Source: a virus (taxonomy: Duplodnaviria > Caudoviricetes). Taken from it: a stretch of DNA of 41,270 bases. The stretch spans positions 1-41,270 of IMG/VR virus record IMGVR_UViG_3300032607_001644; one strand, given 5' to 3'. The notes below the pieces were generated by a model, which did no database searches, was not told the DNA's origin, and saw only the letters and a list, made by a program, of their open reading frames with translations. Positions within the stretch are counted from its first letter, which is position 1; each line of letters starts with the position of its first letter. Both the position numbers and the translations under genes were made by a program. Below, in pieces: positions 1 through 9,392 of the stretch.

Positions 1-1161
1 CAGAAGTGCAAACAAAATAAAATTCCAAAAGAAGTTAGTGAAATTCTATGGAAGATTCTTGAGGATTCCGCCAACTACTCATTTAATAAATCACATTCTA
101 TAGCCTATGCTGGACTAGCAGCAATTACAATTTATCTTAAATTTAATTATCCTCAACAATTCTTTTTATCATTATTAAAGATGAGTAGGAATGAGCCAGA
201 TCCAATTGGAGAGATATCCAAGATTCAAAAAGAAATGCATAATTTTGGAATCAAACTTCTTCCTCCACACATTATAAAATCAGAAATGGATTTCTCAATC
301 GAAGATAAGGATATCAGGTTTGGTTTATTATCAATCAAAGGAATTAGCGACAAGTCAATAGAAAAACTAAATAGTTTTAGAAATAAATACTCTAATAAAT
401 TTGAAATATTTGAAGCCGCGGAAGAAGCTGGATTAAATATTGGAGCCTTGTCTGCACTAATTCAAGCTGGCGCACTTAGCGGGTTTAATCAATCAAGAAG
501 TAAAATAGTGTTAGAAGTTCAATTATGGAACATGCTTACCTCTAAGGAAAAAAAGTATGTGATATCATTTGCTAATAAATTTGATTATGATCTAATTAAA
601 ATCATTAAACATCTTAATAAATTCACTGATGAGAAAAATAAAGTTGTAATTAAAGATAATAGATTAGACACTATCAAAGAAAAGTACGCCCCATACTTAA
701 GCATATATGAGCAAAATAATAAAAGTGAAAGCTTTGCTAATTGGTATTACGAAAAGAAACTTTTGGGATATACTTATAATAAAAATCTAAAAGATATCTT
801 TTCTGAGAAAAGAGAAAACCTTAAATATATATCTGATATATTAGATGAACCAGTAAATTCTAAAGTAGCTTTAGTAGGACAGATAGAAGAAGTATTTTCT
901 GGCATATCTAAAAATGCAAAAAAGACAAGATACGTTAGATTAAAGATATCAGACGAAACAAGCACAATTAGCGTATTAATATTCAATGATAATATTGAGA
1001 CAAACAAACTACTAAACGATAGAAATTTTGAAGAAGGAAACATTGTGATAGTTAAAGGGTCTAAAAGGGATGATTGTATATTTGGCGATTTAATAGCTAT
1101 TCAAGATCATGAAATTTATATGAAGTTAAATGATTTAAAAAAGATTGATAAAAATAATTGA
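1..1161 (+). CDS. dnaE: DNA polymerase III alpha subunit (family C), 5'-truncated by the window edge
   Basis: Frame is open from base 1 (QKCKQ...ANYSFNKSHSIAYA...YLKFNYP), which contains the DnaE YxFNKSH motif. It continues with LLPPHI..S, IRFGLLSIKGI (HhH), EKKLLG and a C-terminal OB fold (LKISDETSTISVLIF). The track ATG at 181 is internal. Confidence 0.95.
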   Translation, partial: QKCKQNKIPKEVSEILWKILEDSANYSFNKSHSIAYAGLAAITIYLKFNYPQQFFLSLLKMSRNEPDPIGEISKIQKEMHNFGIKLLPPHIIKSEMDFSIEDKDIRFGLLSIKGISDKSIEKLNSFRNKYSNKFEIFEAAEEAGLNIGALSALIQAGALSGFNQSRSKIVLEVQLWNMLTSKEKKYVISFANKFDYDLIKIIKHLNKFTDEKNKVVIKDNRLDTIKEKYAPYLSIYEQNNKSESFANWYYEKKLLGYTYNKNLKDIFSEKRENLKYISDILDEPVNSKVALVGQIEEVFSGISKNAKKTRYVRLKISDETSTISVLIFNDNIETNKLLNDRNFEEGNIVIVKGSKRDDCIFGDLIAIQDHEIYMKLNDLKKIDKNN

Positions 1162-1186
1162 CATTTGATTATAGTTGATATAATAT
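1158..1186 (+). promoter_or_regulatory. sigma70-type promoter
   Basis: TTGACA (1158-1163), 17-nt spacer, TAATAT (1181-1186); also an extended -10 TGaTATAAT at 1176-1184. Overlaps the dnaE stop; next ATG at 1194. Confidence 0.75.
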
Positions 1187-1193
1187 AAGCTAT

Positions 1194-1742
1194 ATGATTT
1201 CATTTTATAAACCAAATAGTAAAAATACTGGGACTGCTTGCAGTTTCACAGTTAATACAAAAGATGCTTCAGTATGGGGTTCTTTAATTAAACAATCTTC
1301 TTGGAATGAGACTAAAAAAATAGGCTCATTTTCGGAAAACCAAAATAATCCAAACAAAAGCGTTAAAGTAAAATTTTCATTAACGGAAGCTGCTGGTATT
1401 TTGGATGCTATCGAAAGGAATATAGAATTTTCTGCTTATCACACTTCTGAGAAGCAAACCACAAGAATTAAATTTTGTCCATATATTAGAGATGATAAAC
1501 AAGTAGGATACTCATATTCAGTAAATAAAGAAGACAAGCAAAATAGCGAAAATAAACAATCTTATTTAATTGGATTTTATTTTAACGAAGCTTCTCTTGT
1601 TAAGGAATTTTTAAAATTTGCCTTGCATTCCACTTTTCATCAACAAGAAGTAGAAAATATTAAAAGATTAAAAAATAGAAAGAATGAATCGAACGATTCA
1701 ACTTCTGGAGTAGCAGAAGCAGAAGAAGGCGATCTTTGGTGA
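1194..1742 (+). CDS. putative ssDNA-binding protein, Whirly/PC4-like fold with acidic tail
   Basis: Pattern ISFYK...KFSLTEAAGIL...FSAYH...GFYFNEASLV resembles the two repeats of Whirly; acidic/aromatic C-terminus EAEEGDLW like an SSB tail; adjacent to dnaE. Confidence 0.55.
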   Translation: MISFYKPNSKNTGTACSFTVNTKDASVWGSLIKQSSWNETKKIGSFSENQNNPNKSVKVKFSLTEAAGILDAIERNIEFSAYHTSEKQTTRIKFCPYIRDDKQVGYSYSVNKEDKQNSENKQSYLIGFYFNEASLVKEFLKFALHSTFHQQEVENIKRLKNRKNESNDSTSGVAEAEEGDLW

Positions 1743-3664
1743 GTAAAAAGAAAAAAGTTTTAATACAAACAGATTTTTCTTTAGCTAAAACAGGCTTTGG
1801 AAGAAACGCTAAAACCCTTCTAAAGTATTTATACAATTCCAATAAATATGATTTAGTCCACTATTGCTGTGGAATGCCTTGGAGCCATCCAGAATTAAAA
1901 AGAACACCATGGAAATCAATTGGATCATTACCAGACACACAACAGGAATTAGAACTTTTAAATAGAGATCCAAATTTAGCTAGAATGGCAAGTTATGGTG
2001 CCCATTATTTAGATAGAATAATTGATCAAGAAAAACCAGATATATATATTGCTATTCAAGATATTTGGGGGGTTGATTTTGCCATAGATAAACCTTGGTT
2101 CAATAAAATAAATTCTGTTATTTGGACTACCTTAGACTCATTACCAATATTAGAATCAGCAATTTCGTGTGCGCCAAAAGTAAAAAACTATTGGATTTGG
2201 AGCAACTTTGCTACTAAAGCATTAAATAATATGGGACATAAACATATTAAAACTGTGCATGGGTGCCTAGAATCAAAAGATTTTTATAGGTTATCTGATT
2301 TTGATAGAAAAAAAATAAGAAATAAATATAATTTACCACAAGACGCATTTGTGATAGGCTTCGTTTTTAGAAATCAATTAAGGAAAAGCGTTCCTAATCT
2401 TTTAGAAGGATACGCTTTATGGAAGAAAGAAAATTCAGATATCAAAAATACATTTTTGCTGCTTCATACTCATTGGGGTGAAGGATGGAATATTCATAAA
2501 TTATGCCAAGAGCTTAATGTAAATCCAGCAGAAGTATTAACTACCTATATATGTAAAAATTGCGGAGAATATGAAATTAAAAATTTTACTGGGCAAGATC
2601 TAAATTGTAAGTATTGCGGAGCAGAAAAAAATCAAACGACCACAAATGTTAGCATTGGAGTCACAGAGCAACAATTGAATGAAGTTTATAATTTAATGGA
2701 TGTATATTGTCATCCATTTACTAGCGGAGGACAAGAAATACCAATTCAAGAAGCTAAACTTACAGAATTAATTACTCTAGTTACTAATTATTCTTGCGGA
2801 GAAGAAATGTGCGAAAAAGATGCTGGCTCTATACCATTGGAATGGTCAGAGTATAGAGAGCACGGTACAGAATTTAGAAAAGCTTCTACTTACCCAGCCT
2901 CGATAGCTAAGAACTTAAATAAAGTATATAAAATGCCTAAAGCTGAAAAAATAGAAATAGGTAAAAAAGCAAGGGAATGGACAATCAAAAATTATTCAGT
3001 AGAATCTGTTGGTTCAATTATAGAAGATTTTATAGATAAATGTGAAGATACAAATTTTAATTTTTTAAATTCGCAAATTGAAAGAAACCCAAACGCAGTG
3101 GTACCAGAAATAAAAGACAATAAAGATTGGATTTTATATTTATATCATAATATTCTTTGCCTTAAAAATATTAATGAAAATGATCCTGGATTTATCTATT
3201 GGATGGATCAAATATCAAAAGGCGCTACCAGAAACGATGTAGAGCTATATTTTAGAAAAGTTTCAACTGAGGATTTAAATAAGAATAAACAAATCGCTTT
3301 TGAAGAAATTTTAGGTAAAGACGATGAAGGCAAAAGGCTATTATTAGTAATGCCAGAAAGTGCTGGAGATGTGTTCATGGCTACGAGCCTATTACCTTCA
3401 ATTAAAAAAATGTATCCAGAATACAATATATATTTCGCTACAAAACAAGAATATTTCTCTATTTTAAATGGTAATGAATATATTTATAAAGCCATTCCTT
3501 ATATTCAACAAATGGATAATTTAATGTGGCTAGAAGGCGCTGGAGATCATAAAGGGTTTTTTGAAATTGCATTTTTACCACACATAGGGACTCAAAGAGT
3601 TTTGAATTATCTTCATAATGGTAAAGATAAAATAGAATTTAATATCAAAAATTTTAATATATAA
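1739..3664 (+). CDS. GT-B (GT4-like) glycosyltransferase with CxxC..CxxC insert and a C-terminal GT9-like N-domain
   Basis: KTGFGRNA, RNQLRKSVPNLLEG, YNLMDVYCHPFTSGGQEIPIQEA (GT4 ExxxxxxxE-like motif); CKNC/CKYC at 2552-2617; SAGDVFMATSLLPSIKKMYP near the end. GTG at 1739 overlaps the upstream stop (GTGA) and is preferred over TTG at 1736. Confidence 0.85.
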   Translation: MSKKKKVLIQTDFSLAKTGFGRNAKTLLKYLYNSNKYDLVHYCCGMPWSHPELKRTPWKSIGSLPDTQQELELLNRDPNLARMASYGAHYLDRIIDQEKPDIYIAIQDIWGVDFAIDKPWFNKINSVIWTTLDSLPILESAISCAPKVKNYWIWSNFATKALNNMGHKHIKTVHGCLESKDFYRLSDFDRKKIRNKYNLPQDAFVIGFVFRNQLRKSVPNLLEGYALWKKENSDIKNTFLLLHTHWGEGWNIHKLCQELNVNPAEVLTTYICKNCGEYEIKNFTGQDLNCKYCGAEKNQTTTNVSIGVTEQQLNEVYNLMDVYCHPFTSGGQEIPIQEAKLTELITLVTNYSCGEEMCEKDAGSIPLEWSEYREHGTEFRKASTYPASIAKNLNKVYKMPKAEKIEIGKKAREWTIKNYSVESVGSIIEDFIDKCEDTNFNFLNSQIERNPNAVVPEIKDNKDWILYLYHNILCLKNINENDPGFIYWMDQISKGATRNDVELYFRKVSTEDLNKNKQIAFEEILGKDDEGKRLLLVMPESAGDVFMATSLLPSIKKMYPEYNIYFATKQEYFSILNGNEYIYKAIPYIQQMDNLMWLEGAGDHKGFFEIAFLPHIGTQRVLNYLHNGKDKIEFNIKNFNI

Positions 3665-3665
3665 T

Positions 3666-4844
3666 ATGCATATCCTAGAACAATATTCTTTAAATTGTGG
3701 AGTATCTATTTCTAAGCCATATATAAATGAAGAATTCTTTCCGCTTCCATTTGAAAAATATATAACATTACATCCAAAGGGAAAATTTGCATCTAGAGAG
3801 TATGATTATTGGGAAGAAGTAACTACTAATTTATTTCCTATTTTAGAAAAGCATAATATTAAAATAGTCCAAGTAGGAGGTAAAGAAGACCAAAACATAC
3901 CTTTTTGTTATCCAACAAATGGACAAACTAGTTTAAATAACCTAGCATATTTAGTTAAAAATTCTTTACTTCACTTAGGTATAGATAGTCTTCCAATACA
4001 TTTCGCTTCTGCATTTGGTAAAAAAATAGTTGGACTCTATTGTAATATGTATCCAAATCAATCTGCCCCATATTGGTCCTCTTCCGAGGATTGCGATTTA
4101 TTATTCGCAGATCTAAAAGGTAAAAAACCATCTTACTCACCTTTCGAAAATCCAAAAACAATTAATACTATAAAACCAGAGGCTATCGCTAATAGTGTTC
4201 TTAAAAAATTGAACATTAATGAAGCTATTAAAAATAAAACAATTTACTTCGGAGACGCTAGCCATATAAGGTCTGTAGAGATTATTCCAGATCATGTTCC
4301 TAATTTATCATCATTTAATATAGATATAGCAAACGTACGAATGGATTATTATTTTAACGAAGAGTTTTTATTTAATATATTGAGCGTATATAAAACTAAT
4401 ATCTTAACAGATAAAGCCATAAATATAAATGAATTAATTAAATTTAAAAATAACATTTTACATGTTTATTTCATTATTAATGATGAATCAAATTTTAATA
4501 TTAAGTTTATAGAAAATTTAAAAAATAATGGAATAAAATTCTCAATATTGTCTTTTCTTCCAGAAGATAAAATTGAAAAAATTAAAATACATACTATGGA
4601 TCTTTGTAATATCATAGTCAAAGACCATCAACCTAATAAAGAAATCATTAAATCATTTGAAAATGATAATTTAAAATTTAAATCAAGTAAACTTCTTATA
4701 AGCAAAGGAAAGATGTATCCATCTTTTCAAAATTATAAATCAAATGTGAGCTATAATCAATTTTTAACTGAATATTTTGATTTTAAAGAAGAGGGCGATC
4801 TTTACAAAGATTTACAAAATTTTTATATTTTTAGTATTGACTAG
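3666..4844 (+). CDS. GT9 (heptosyltransferase-like) C-terminal domain plus an unknown domain
   Basis: YITLHP..REYDYW..IVQVGG..TSLNNLAYLVKNSLLHLGIDSLPIHFASAFGKKIVGLY matches the GT9 nucleotide-sugar-binding half (DS.P.H.A.A). Confidence 0.75.
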   Translation: MHILEQYSLNCGVSISKPYINEEFFPLPFEKYITLHPKGKFASREYDYWEEVTTNLFPILEKHNIKIVQVGGKEDQNIPFCYPTNGQTSLNNLAYLVKNSLLHLGIDSLPIHFASAFGKKIVGLYCNMYPNQSAPYWSSSEDCDLLFADLKGKKPSYSPFENPKTINTIKPEAIANSVLKKLNINEAIKNKTIYFGDASHIRSVEIIPDHVPNLSSFNIDIANVRMDYYFNEEFLFNILSVYKTNILTDKAININELIKFKNNILHVYFIINDESNFNIKFIENLKNNGIKFSILSFLPEDKIEKIKIHTMDLCNIIVKDHQPNKEIIKSFENDNLKFKSSKLLISKGKMYPSFQNYKSNVSYNQFLTEYFDFKEEGDLYKDLQNFYIFSID

Positions 4845-4865
4845 ATCTTTAAAAGGTAGTATCAT
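4837..4865 (+). promoter_or_regulatory. sigma70-type promoter
   Basis: TTGACT (4837-4842), 17 nt, TATCAT (4860-4865); ATG at 4872. Confidence 0.7.
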
Positions 4866-4871
4866 ATTAAA

Positions 4872-5672
4872 ATGAGTCCAAGAATTAAAGAAGAAGAAAA
4901 TACGATCTCAATTGGGAGTTCAGAACTATTTGAATCAGTTATTGTTTCCCAGCAAAAGCAAGAAATTGCTCAAGTAGTTCCACCTAATCCAATAACAAGA
5001 AACAAATATGGTCTTATTGAGGACAAGAGCCTTAATTATATATTTAATGACGATAGTACAATTAATTGGCGTAAAATGGTTAAAATAGAACATCTTGTTC
5101 CAAACAGACAAAAGACGCAAGAGACAGACGTTTCCAAACTCAAAGATAAAGATTTACTTATCCTCCTTGGCGGGATTAAAGAGTTAGCTCAAATTCGTGG
5201 ATATACGAGCGTTGAATATAAAGTGGTCGCAGCATCTGAAAGTTATTTTGCAACAAGCTGCAAGATTACTTGGTTGCCGAATTATGAAACTGGGGGCAAA
5301 GAAATAGTTTTTGAATCTCTTGCCGACGCTACAATAAATAATACGAAAAGTTTCGCAAGATTTTTTTTGGCTGCAATTGCTGAAAATCGGGCTTTTGTTA
5401 GGTGCGTAAGAAATTTCTTGAAGATTAATATTGTAAGTCAAGAAGAACTTGGGGACGCTAAATTAATAGATGATTCCAATTCTCAAAACGAAAATCCAAC
5501 TTCTCCTCATACCCTATTAGAAAAAGTAATGAAAGACAAAGGCGTTGACTTTGACCAATTAAAGAAGAAGTTAATTAAAGAGAAATTTGATAACGCAGAA
5601 AATTTAAATTCAATATCAGACATTCCTAAAGCTAAAATCTTCGAGCTTATAGAAAGAATTAAAAAAGCTTAA
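4872..5672 (+). CDS. putative single-strand annealing protein (Rad52/Sak-like)
   Basis: GGIKELAQIRG, three beta strands, then the helix AIAENRAFVRCVRNFLKI..EEL typical of Rad52-superfamily SSAPs; replication context. Confidence 0.6.
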   Translation: MSPRIKEEENTISIGSSELFESVIVSQQKQEIAQVVPPNPITRNKYGLIEDKSLNYIFNDDSTINWRKMVKIEHLVPNRQKTQETDVSKLKDKDLLILLGGIKELAQIRGYTSVEYKVVAASESYFATSCKITWLPNYETGGKEIVFESLADATINNTKSFARFFLAAIAENRAFVRCVRNFLKINIVSQEELGDAKLIDDSNSQNENPTSPHTLLEKVMKDKGVDFDQLKKKLIKEKFDNAENLNSISDIPKAKIFELIERIKKA

Positions 5673-6466
5673 CTCAAAATATAAGCAGAAAAGGCAATTG
5701 AAGCCCTTCCGTTGTCGGAGACGCTTAAATTTAAACTTTCATTATTTTTAATAACATTATTGAAATTAAAAGAAAGTGCATTGCTTAAAGTAGAATAATT
5801 CTTAAAATTTATTTGTATTGATCTTATTTCATTATTTGTTAAGAATGACCGCATATCAGACATAATATAATTATCAATATCTAAATCAAAAGCAAAATCT
5901 ATTTTTATAGGGTAATTTATTAACACTTCGCTTGGATAATATTCACCAATATTATACTGGGGAATTCTATCTGAAGAAATTGTCATATCGAAAGAAAGCA
6001 ATCTATTTGTTAAAACTTCATTAAAGGTTATTTCAGTATAGCATAGGTCATATGGAATTATATTATAATTTATTGAATTATTCGTTATTATGCCAGTTTG
6101 TTCAGCAAATTGACCATAGACATCAATATCTGCGCGACAAACGACAGGATTATCAATAGCAGTTTTAATATTATATCTAGTCAAATAACCGCTATTGAAA
6201 TTTAAATATTTATTCGCATAGGCAAAAGTCCCACTTATTACATTTTGGCCAGTAAAAGAAAGTATTGGATCAACATTAGAAGGTATATATTCTATATTAA
6301 TAGAAGCCTTATTTTGATTATTTACTAGAAAATTAAAGCCTGTGTCTTCTATGGCTATAGAAGGCGCAATATTTGTGTCATAAGATACCCCTAAAGACTG
6401 AACACCAGAAACAAATTGTCCATTTATATAGATATTTTGATTTTGTTTAGAAGAAAAGATAGGCAT
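5669..6466 (-). CDS. tail-tube paralogue (tube initiator / baseplate tube protein)
   Basis: Aligns by eye with 24947..26104: GVQSLGVSY/RVQTANYSF, SGYLTRY/NGFISSY, RIPQYNIG..INYPI/RTPIQKLG..IDFPL, ASIAFSAY/VTLTFSAQ. Confidence 0.65.
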   Translation of the reverse strand: MPIFSSKQNQNIYINGQFVSGVQSLGVSYDTNIAPSIAIEDTGFNFLVNNQNKASINIEYIPSNVDPILSFTGQNVISGTFAYANKYLNFNSGYLTRYNIKTAIDNPVVCRADIDVYGQFAEQTGIITNNSINYNIIPYDLCYTEITFNEVLTNRLLSFDMTISSDRIPQYNIGEYYPSEVLINYPIKIDFAFDLDIDNYIMSDMRSFLTNNEIRSIQINFKNYSTLSNALSFNFNNVIKNNESLNLSVSDNGRASIAFSAYILS

Positions 6467-6473
6467 TTAATAT

Positions 6474-6500
6474 AATTACACCATTAAAACAAGTGTAATT
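6474..6500. promoter_or_regulatory. back-to-back putative late promoters
   Basis: AATTACAC (6474-6481), 11 nt, GTGTAATT (6493-6500): one GTGTAATT faces each of the two divergent genes. Confidence 0.7.
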
Positions 6501-6520
6501 CTTTAAAAGGTATAAGGTTT

Positions 6521-7054
6521 ATGGCAAGTATATACGATACAGTTTCTGGCTGGTCTAATAGCGTTAACTATATTAAATACAATATAGTTTCTGGGTCTGA
6601 TCTTAAATACTACTATGCAGTAAATAATAATAGCGCATCTAACCCCACGAATATATCATTCCTTCAAAATAAATGGGACGGATACAGAAGTATCAATAGC
6701 ACTCTGGTTCCAAACTTCTTTTGGAAACCGTCTTACACAAGTAATGCTAATTTCGAACCAAATGTTATAAAAATTCAATTTGGAAATGGATACCAACAAA
6801 GAATTAATAATGGAATTAATTCTGATTTAATGAAGTTTGATGCTAGTTTTGATAATAGATTAGAAACTGAGGCAGTATCCATGCTTCACTTTTTAGATCA
6901 AAGAGGTGGACAGCAATCATTTATATATAATGTCCCTACAATTTATAGTAAAATTAATTTCAATACTAGATTTGTCGCGCCAAATTGGAATGTATCATAT
7001 AATTCATATAATAATTACAGTATTAAAGTAAAAATAGAAGAGGTGGCAGTCTAA
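6521..7054 (+). CDS. lambda gpM-like distal/minor tail protein with N-terminal CBM5/12-like module
   Basis: FFWKP..IQFGNGYQQRINNGIN..FL...GG..F is gpM-like; first gene of the M-L-K-I-J cassette. Confidence 0.8.
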   Translation: MASIYDTVSGWSNSVNYIKYNIVSGSDLKYYYAVNNNSASNPTNISFLQNKWDGYRSINSTLVPNFFWKPSYTSNANFEPNVIKIQFGNGYQQRINNGINSDLMKFDASFDNRLETEAVSMLHFLDQRGGQQSFIYNVPTIYSKINFNTRFVAPNWNVSYNSYNNYSIKVKIEEVAV

Positions 7055-7055
7055 A

Positions 7056-9392
7056 ATGCCCACAAGCTCCGACATCTATAATCAAATAGTAAGTGGGACA
7101 AGGTCATTAAATACTGAAATATCTAGTATACAGCCGAGTACTCCAATTAATTTATATGAATTAGATTTGAAAGAAATTTATCCTCAAATTAGTAATTTTA
7201 ACCAAAGTGGGCAACCTCTGTCTAGTGGAGTTTTAAGAATTTATAATGATTATAATTTATTTAATCTTACAGACAATAATTACAGATATGGCACAGTTTC
7301 TTGGCAAGGAAATCTTTATTACCCTTTTCCAATAATGGCAGAAGGTTTTAATTTAAATTCAGCGGGTACATTAGCAACCCCAATGATAACCGTGGCAAAC
7401 ACCTCACCAGACACATCTAATAATTCATTTTATAAATATATTAGAATGCAAGTTCAATCGTTAGGTGATATTGTTGGCTCTAAATTCACAAGAATAAAAA
7501 GTTTTTTAAAATATTTGGACGGGTCAAATTTTTCTGGAGGATATAATCCATATACAAATGATCCAAGTATTTCTGAAATAGAACTACCTAGAGATATTTA
7601 TTATGTAGAAAGAAAAGTAACAGAAAATAAATATAAAATAGAGTATTCTTTAGCTTCAATTTTAGATGTTGAAAATTTAACTTTACCATCAAGAACAGTA
7701 TTAGCTAATAAATGTCCATTTCAATACAGAGGAGAAGGATGTTTATATGAATACGATTCAAGAAAAACTTATATACATAGTGGAGTATATGGTCAAGTTA
7801 CTAATCCAGAAGTTAGTATAACCCTTCCATTAGAAGCTCCTCCAGTTGCTACAGATAATGATGAGTTATTTTTAAATACAATTTTGAGTGGAACAACAGA
7901 TTCTGAAAGATTTAGTGGAATAAATTATAAATTAGTTGGCGCAGGTAATTATGGAAATACAAATCAATGGACTTTCACTAATTATACATTAAATGCTGGT
8001 ACAGCAGTTCAATGTGCAACTGCACTTAATGATGGTAGCGCAGCTTCAGTAGCAATAACCCAACTCGCAGCGCAAAGTATTGTTCAATTGGCTTTAAGTG
8101 GGCAAGCAGAAGTAACAAAAATTAGACTAACAGCAAATAATACTATCACAAATAATTATCAAATTCAATTTTCTCCAGCAGGCGGATCTTGGATGACGGT
8201 AAGAGACGTAAGCGGATTTGATTTGACATGGAGTTTAAATGGAGAAGCGGCTGGAACATATTATATGACATTTCCCTCAAGAGGAATGCATACTGGATGG
8301 AGATTAATATCTACAAATACAACAGCTGGAACACAAATTTCGGAATTAAATTTTAGTGGACAATATAGAGTTGGAGATCAAGGATTATGGAACACTGGAC
8401 TTGCTTACCAAAGAGGAGATTTCACTTTTTTGGAAAAAAATGGAATTAAGTATTATTACGTTTCTTTAACTGGACATACAGGAACAGTTTTTAATTCCCC
8501 ACCAAATAGAAATTTCTGGGGATCAGACTCTTGCAGTAAAACAGCTTATGCTTGTAGATTAAGATGGTTGAAAAATCCATATTTTAGACCAGTTTTTTGG
8601 CCAATGACAAGAGGTGGTTGGAATTATGACGGTCTTATTGGTAGGTATTTAATAAGCGGATCAACTTTTGCTTACCCACTAGGTCAAGTATCTTCTTTAT
8701 ATGATTTTACTTTTACAACAGGTTTAATAACTAGCGGGTCATCTCCTAGAAATGCATTTGCGTACAGTTTATTTACAAAAACTGCAGTAGGTGGCGCATG
8801 GGATGCTCAAGCATTTACTCGAGGTGGATTATCATCAGCAAATCTTGGTTACGCAGAAGCTGTTCCTCAACATGCAACTAACAGATTTATGTTTGGGATC
8901 AATAAAGATCCAACCCTTAATCCAAATTTTACGAGTATTGATTTTGCTTGGTATTGCAATCTTGGAACTCTTGAAATTTATAGAAGTGGATCGCAAGCTG
9001 TGGCAAACGCTGGAACTTATAATACAAACACGGTATTAAAAGTCGAAGTAGGAGCAAACGGTTCAATAAATTTTTATAAAGATCAAGCACTTTATACTAG
9101 TTACACAGGACCTACAGCAGTAGCTTATGCTTTTGATTCTTCATTTTTTGATCAAAATGCATCAGCACTTTTCTTTTTTGGAATTCCAGGGTATACAGGT
9201 TACGGTGGGAACTTAAGAAATGCAATAATTCCAACTTGGTATAATTTAAATTCGGGATTATTTCCAAGAAGATGCGATTGCCATGATCCAACTTCTTATT
9301 ATGCTCACGGGCTACCAAAGGATTATACTGGAGAATATTTAAATGGATTCTTACCATTTGGAGGGTTTCCTGGAGTAGATAAAACAAAATAA
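7056..9392 (+). CDS. lambda gpL-like minor tail protein with large insertions
   Basis: LYELDL, WQGNLY.PFPI.AEGF, CPFQYRGEGC...DSCSK...CRLR (four Cys as in gpL), terminal LPFGGFPG. Confidence 0.85.
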   Translation: MPTSSDIYNQIVSGTRSLNTEISSIQPSTPINLYELDLKEIYPQISNFNQSGQPLSSGVLRIYNDYNLFNLTDNNYRYGTVSWQGNLYYPFPIMAEGFNLNSAGTLATPMITVANTSPDTSNNSFYKYIRMQVQSLGDIVGSKFTRIKSFLKYLDGSNFSGGYNPYTNDPSISEIELPRDIYYVERKVTENKYKIEYSLASILDVENLTLPSRTVLANKCPFQYRGEGCLYEYDSRKTYIHSGVYGQVTNPEVSITLPLEAPPVATDNDELFLNTILSGTTDSERFSGINYKLVGAGNYGNTNQWTFTNYTLNAGTAVQCATALNDGSAASVAITQLAAQSIVQLALSGQAEVTKIRLTANNTITNNYQIQFSPAGGSWMTVRDVSGFDLTWSLNGEAAGTYYMTFPSRGMHTGWRLISTNTTAGTQISELNFSGQYRVGDQGLWNTGLAYQRGDFTFLEKNGIKYYYVSLTGHTGTVFNSPPNRNFWGSDSCSKTAYACRLRWLKNPYFRPVFWPMTRGGWNYDGLIGRYLISGSTFAYPLGQVSSLYDFTFTTGLITSGSSPRNAFAYSLFTKTAVGGAWDAQAFTRGGLSSANLGYAEAVPQHATNRFMFGINKDPTLNPNFTSIDFAWYCNLGTLEIYRSGSQAVANAGTYNTNTVLKVEVGANGSINFYKDQALYTSYTGPTAVAYAFDSSFFDQNASALFFFGIPGYTGYGGNLRNAIIPTWYNLNSGLFPRRCDCHDPTSYYAHGLPKDYTGEYLNGFLPFGGFPGVDKTK

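Noticed and set aside
6474-6500. Inverted repeat as an invertase site or terminator
   Set aside because: No partner site near 15720 and no U-tract; better explained as two divergent copies of the late motif.
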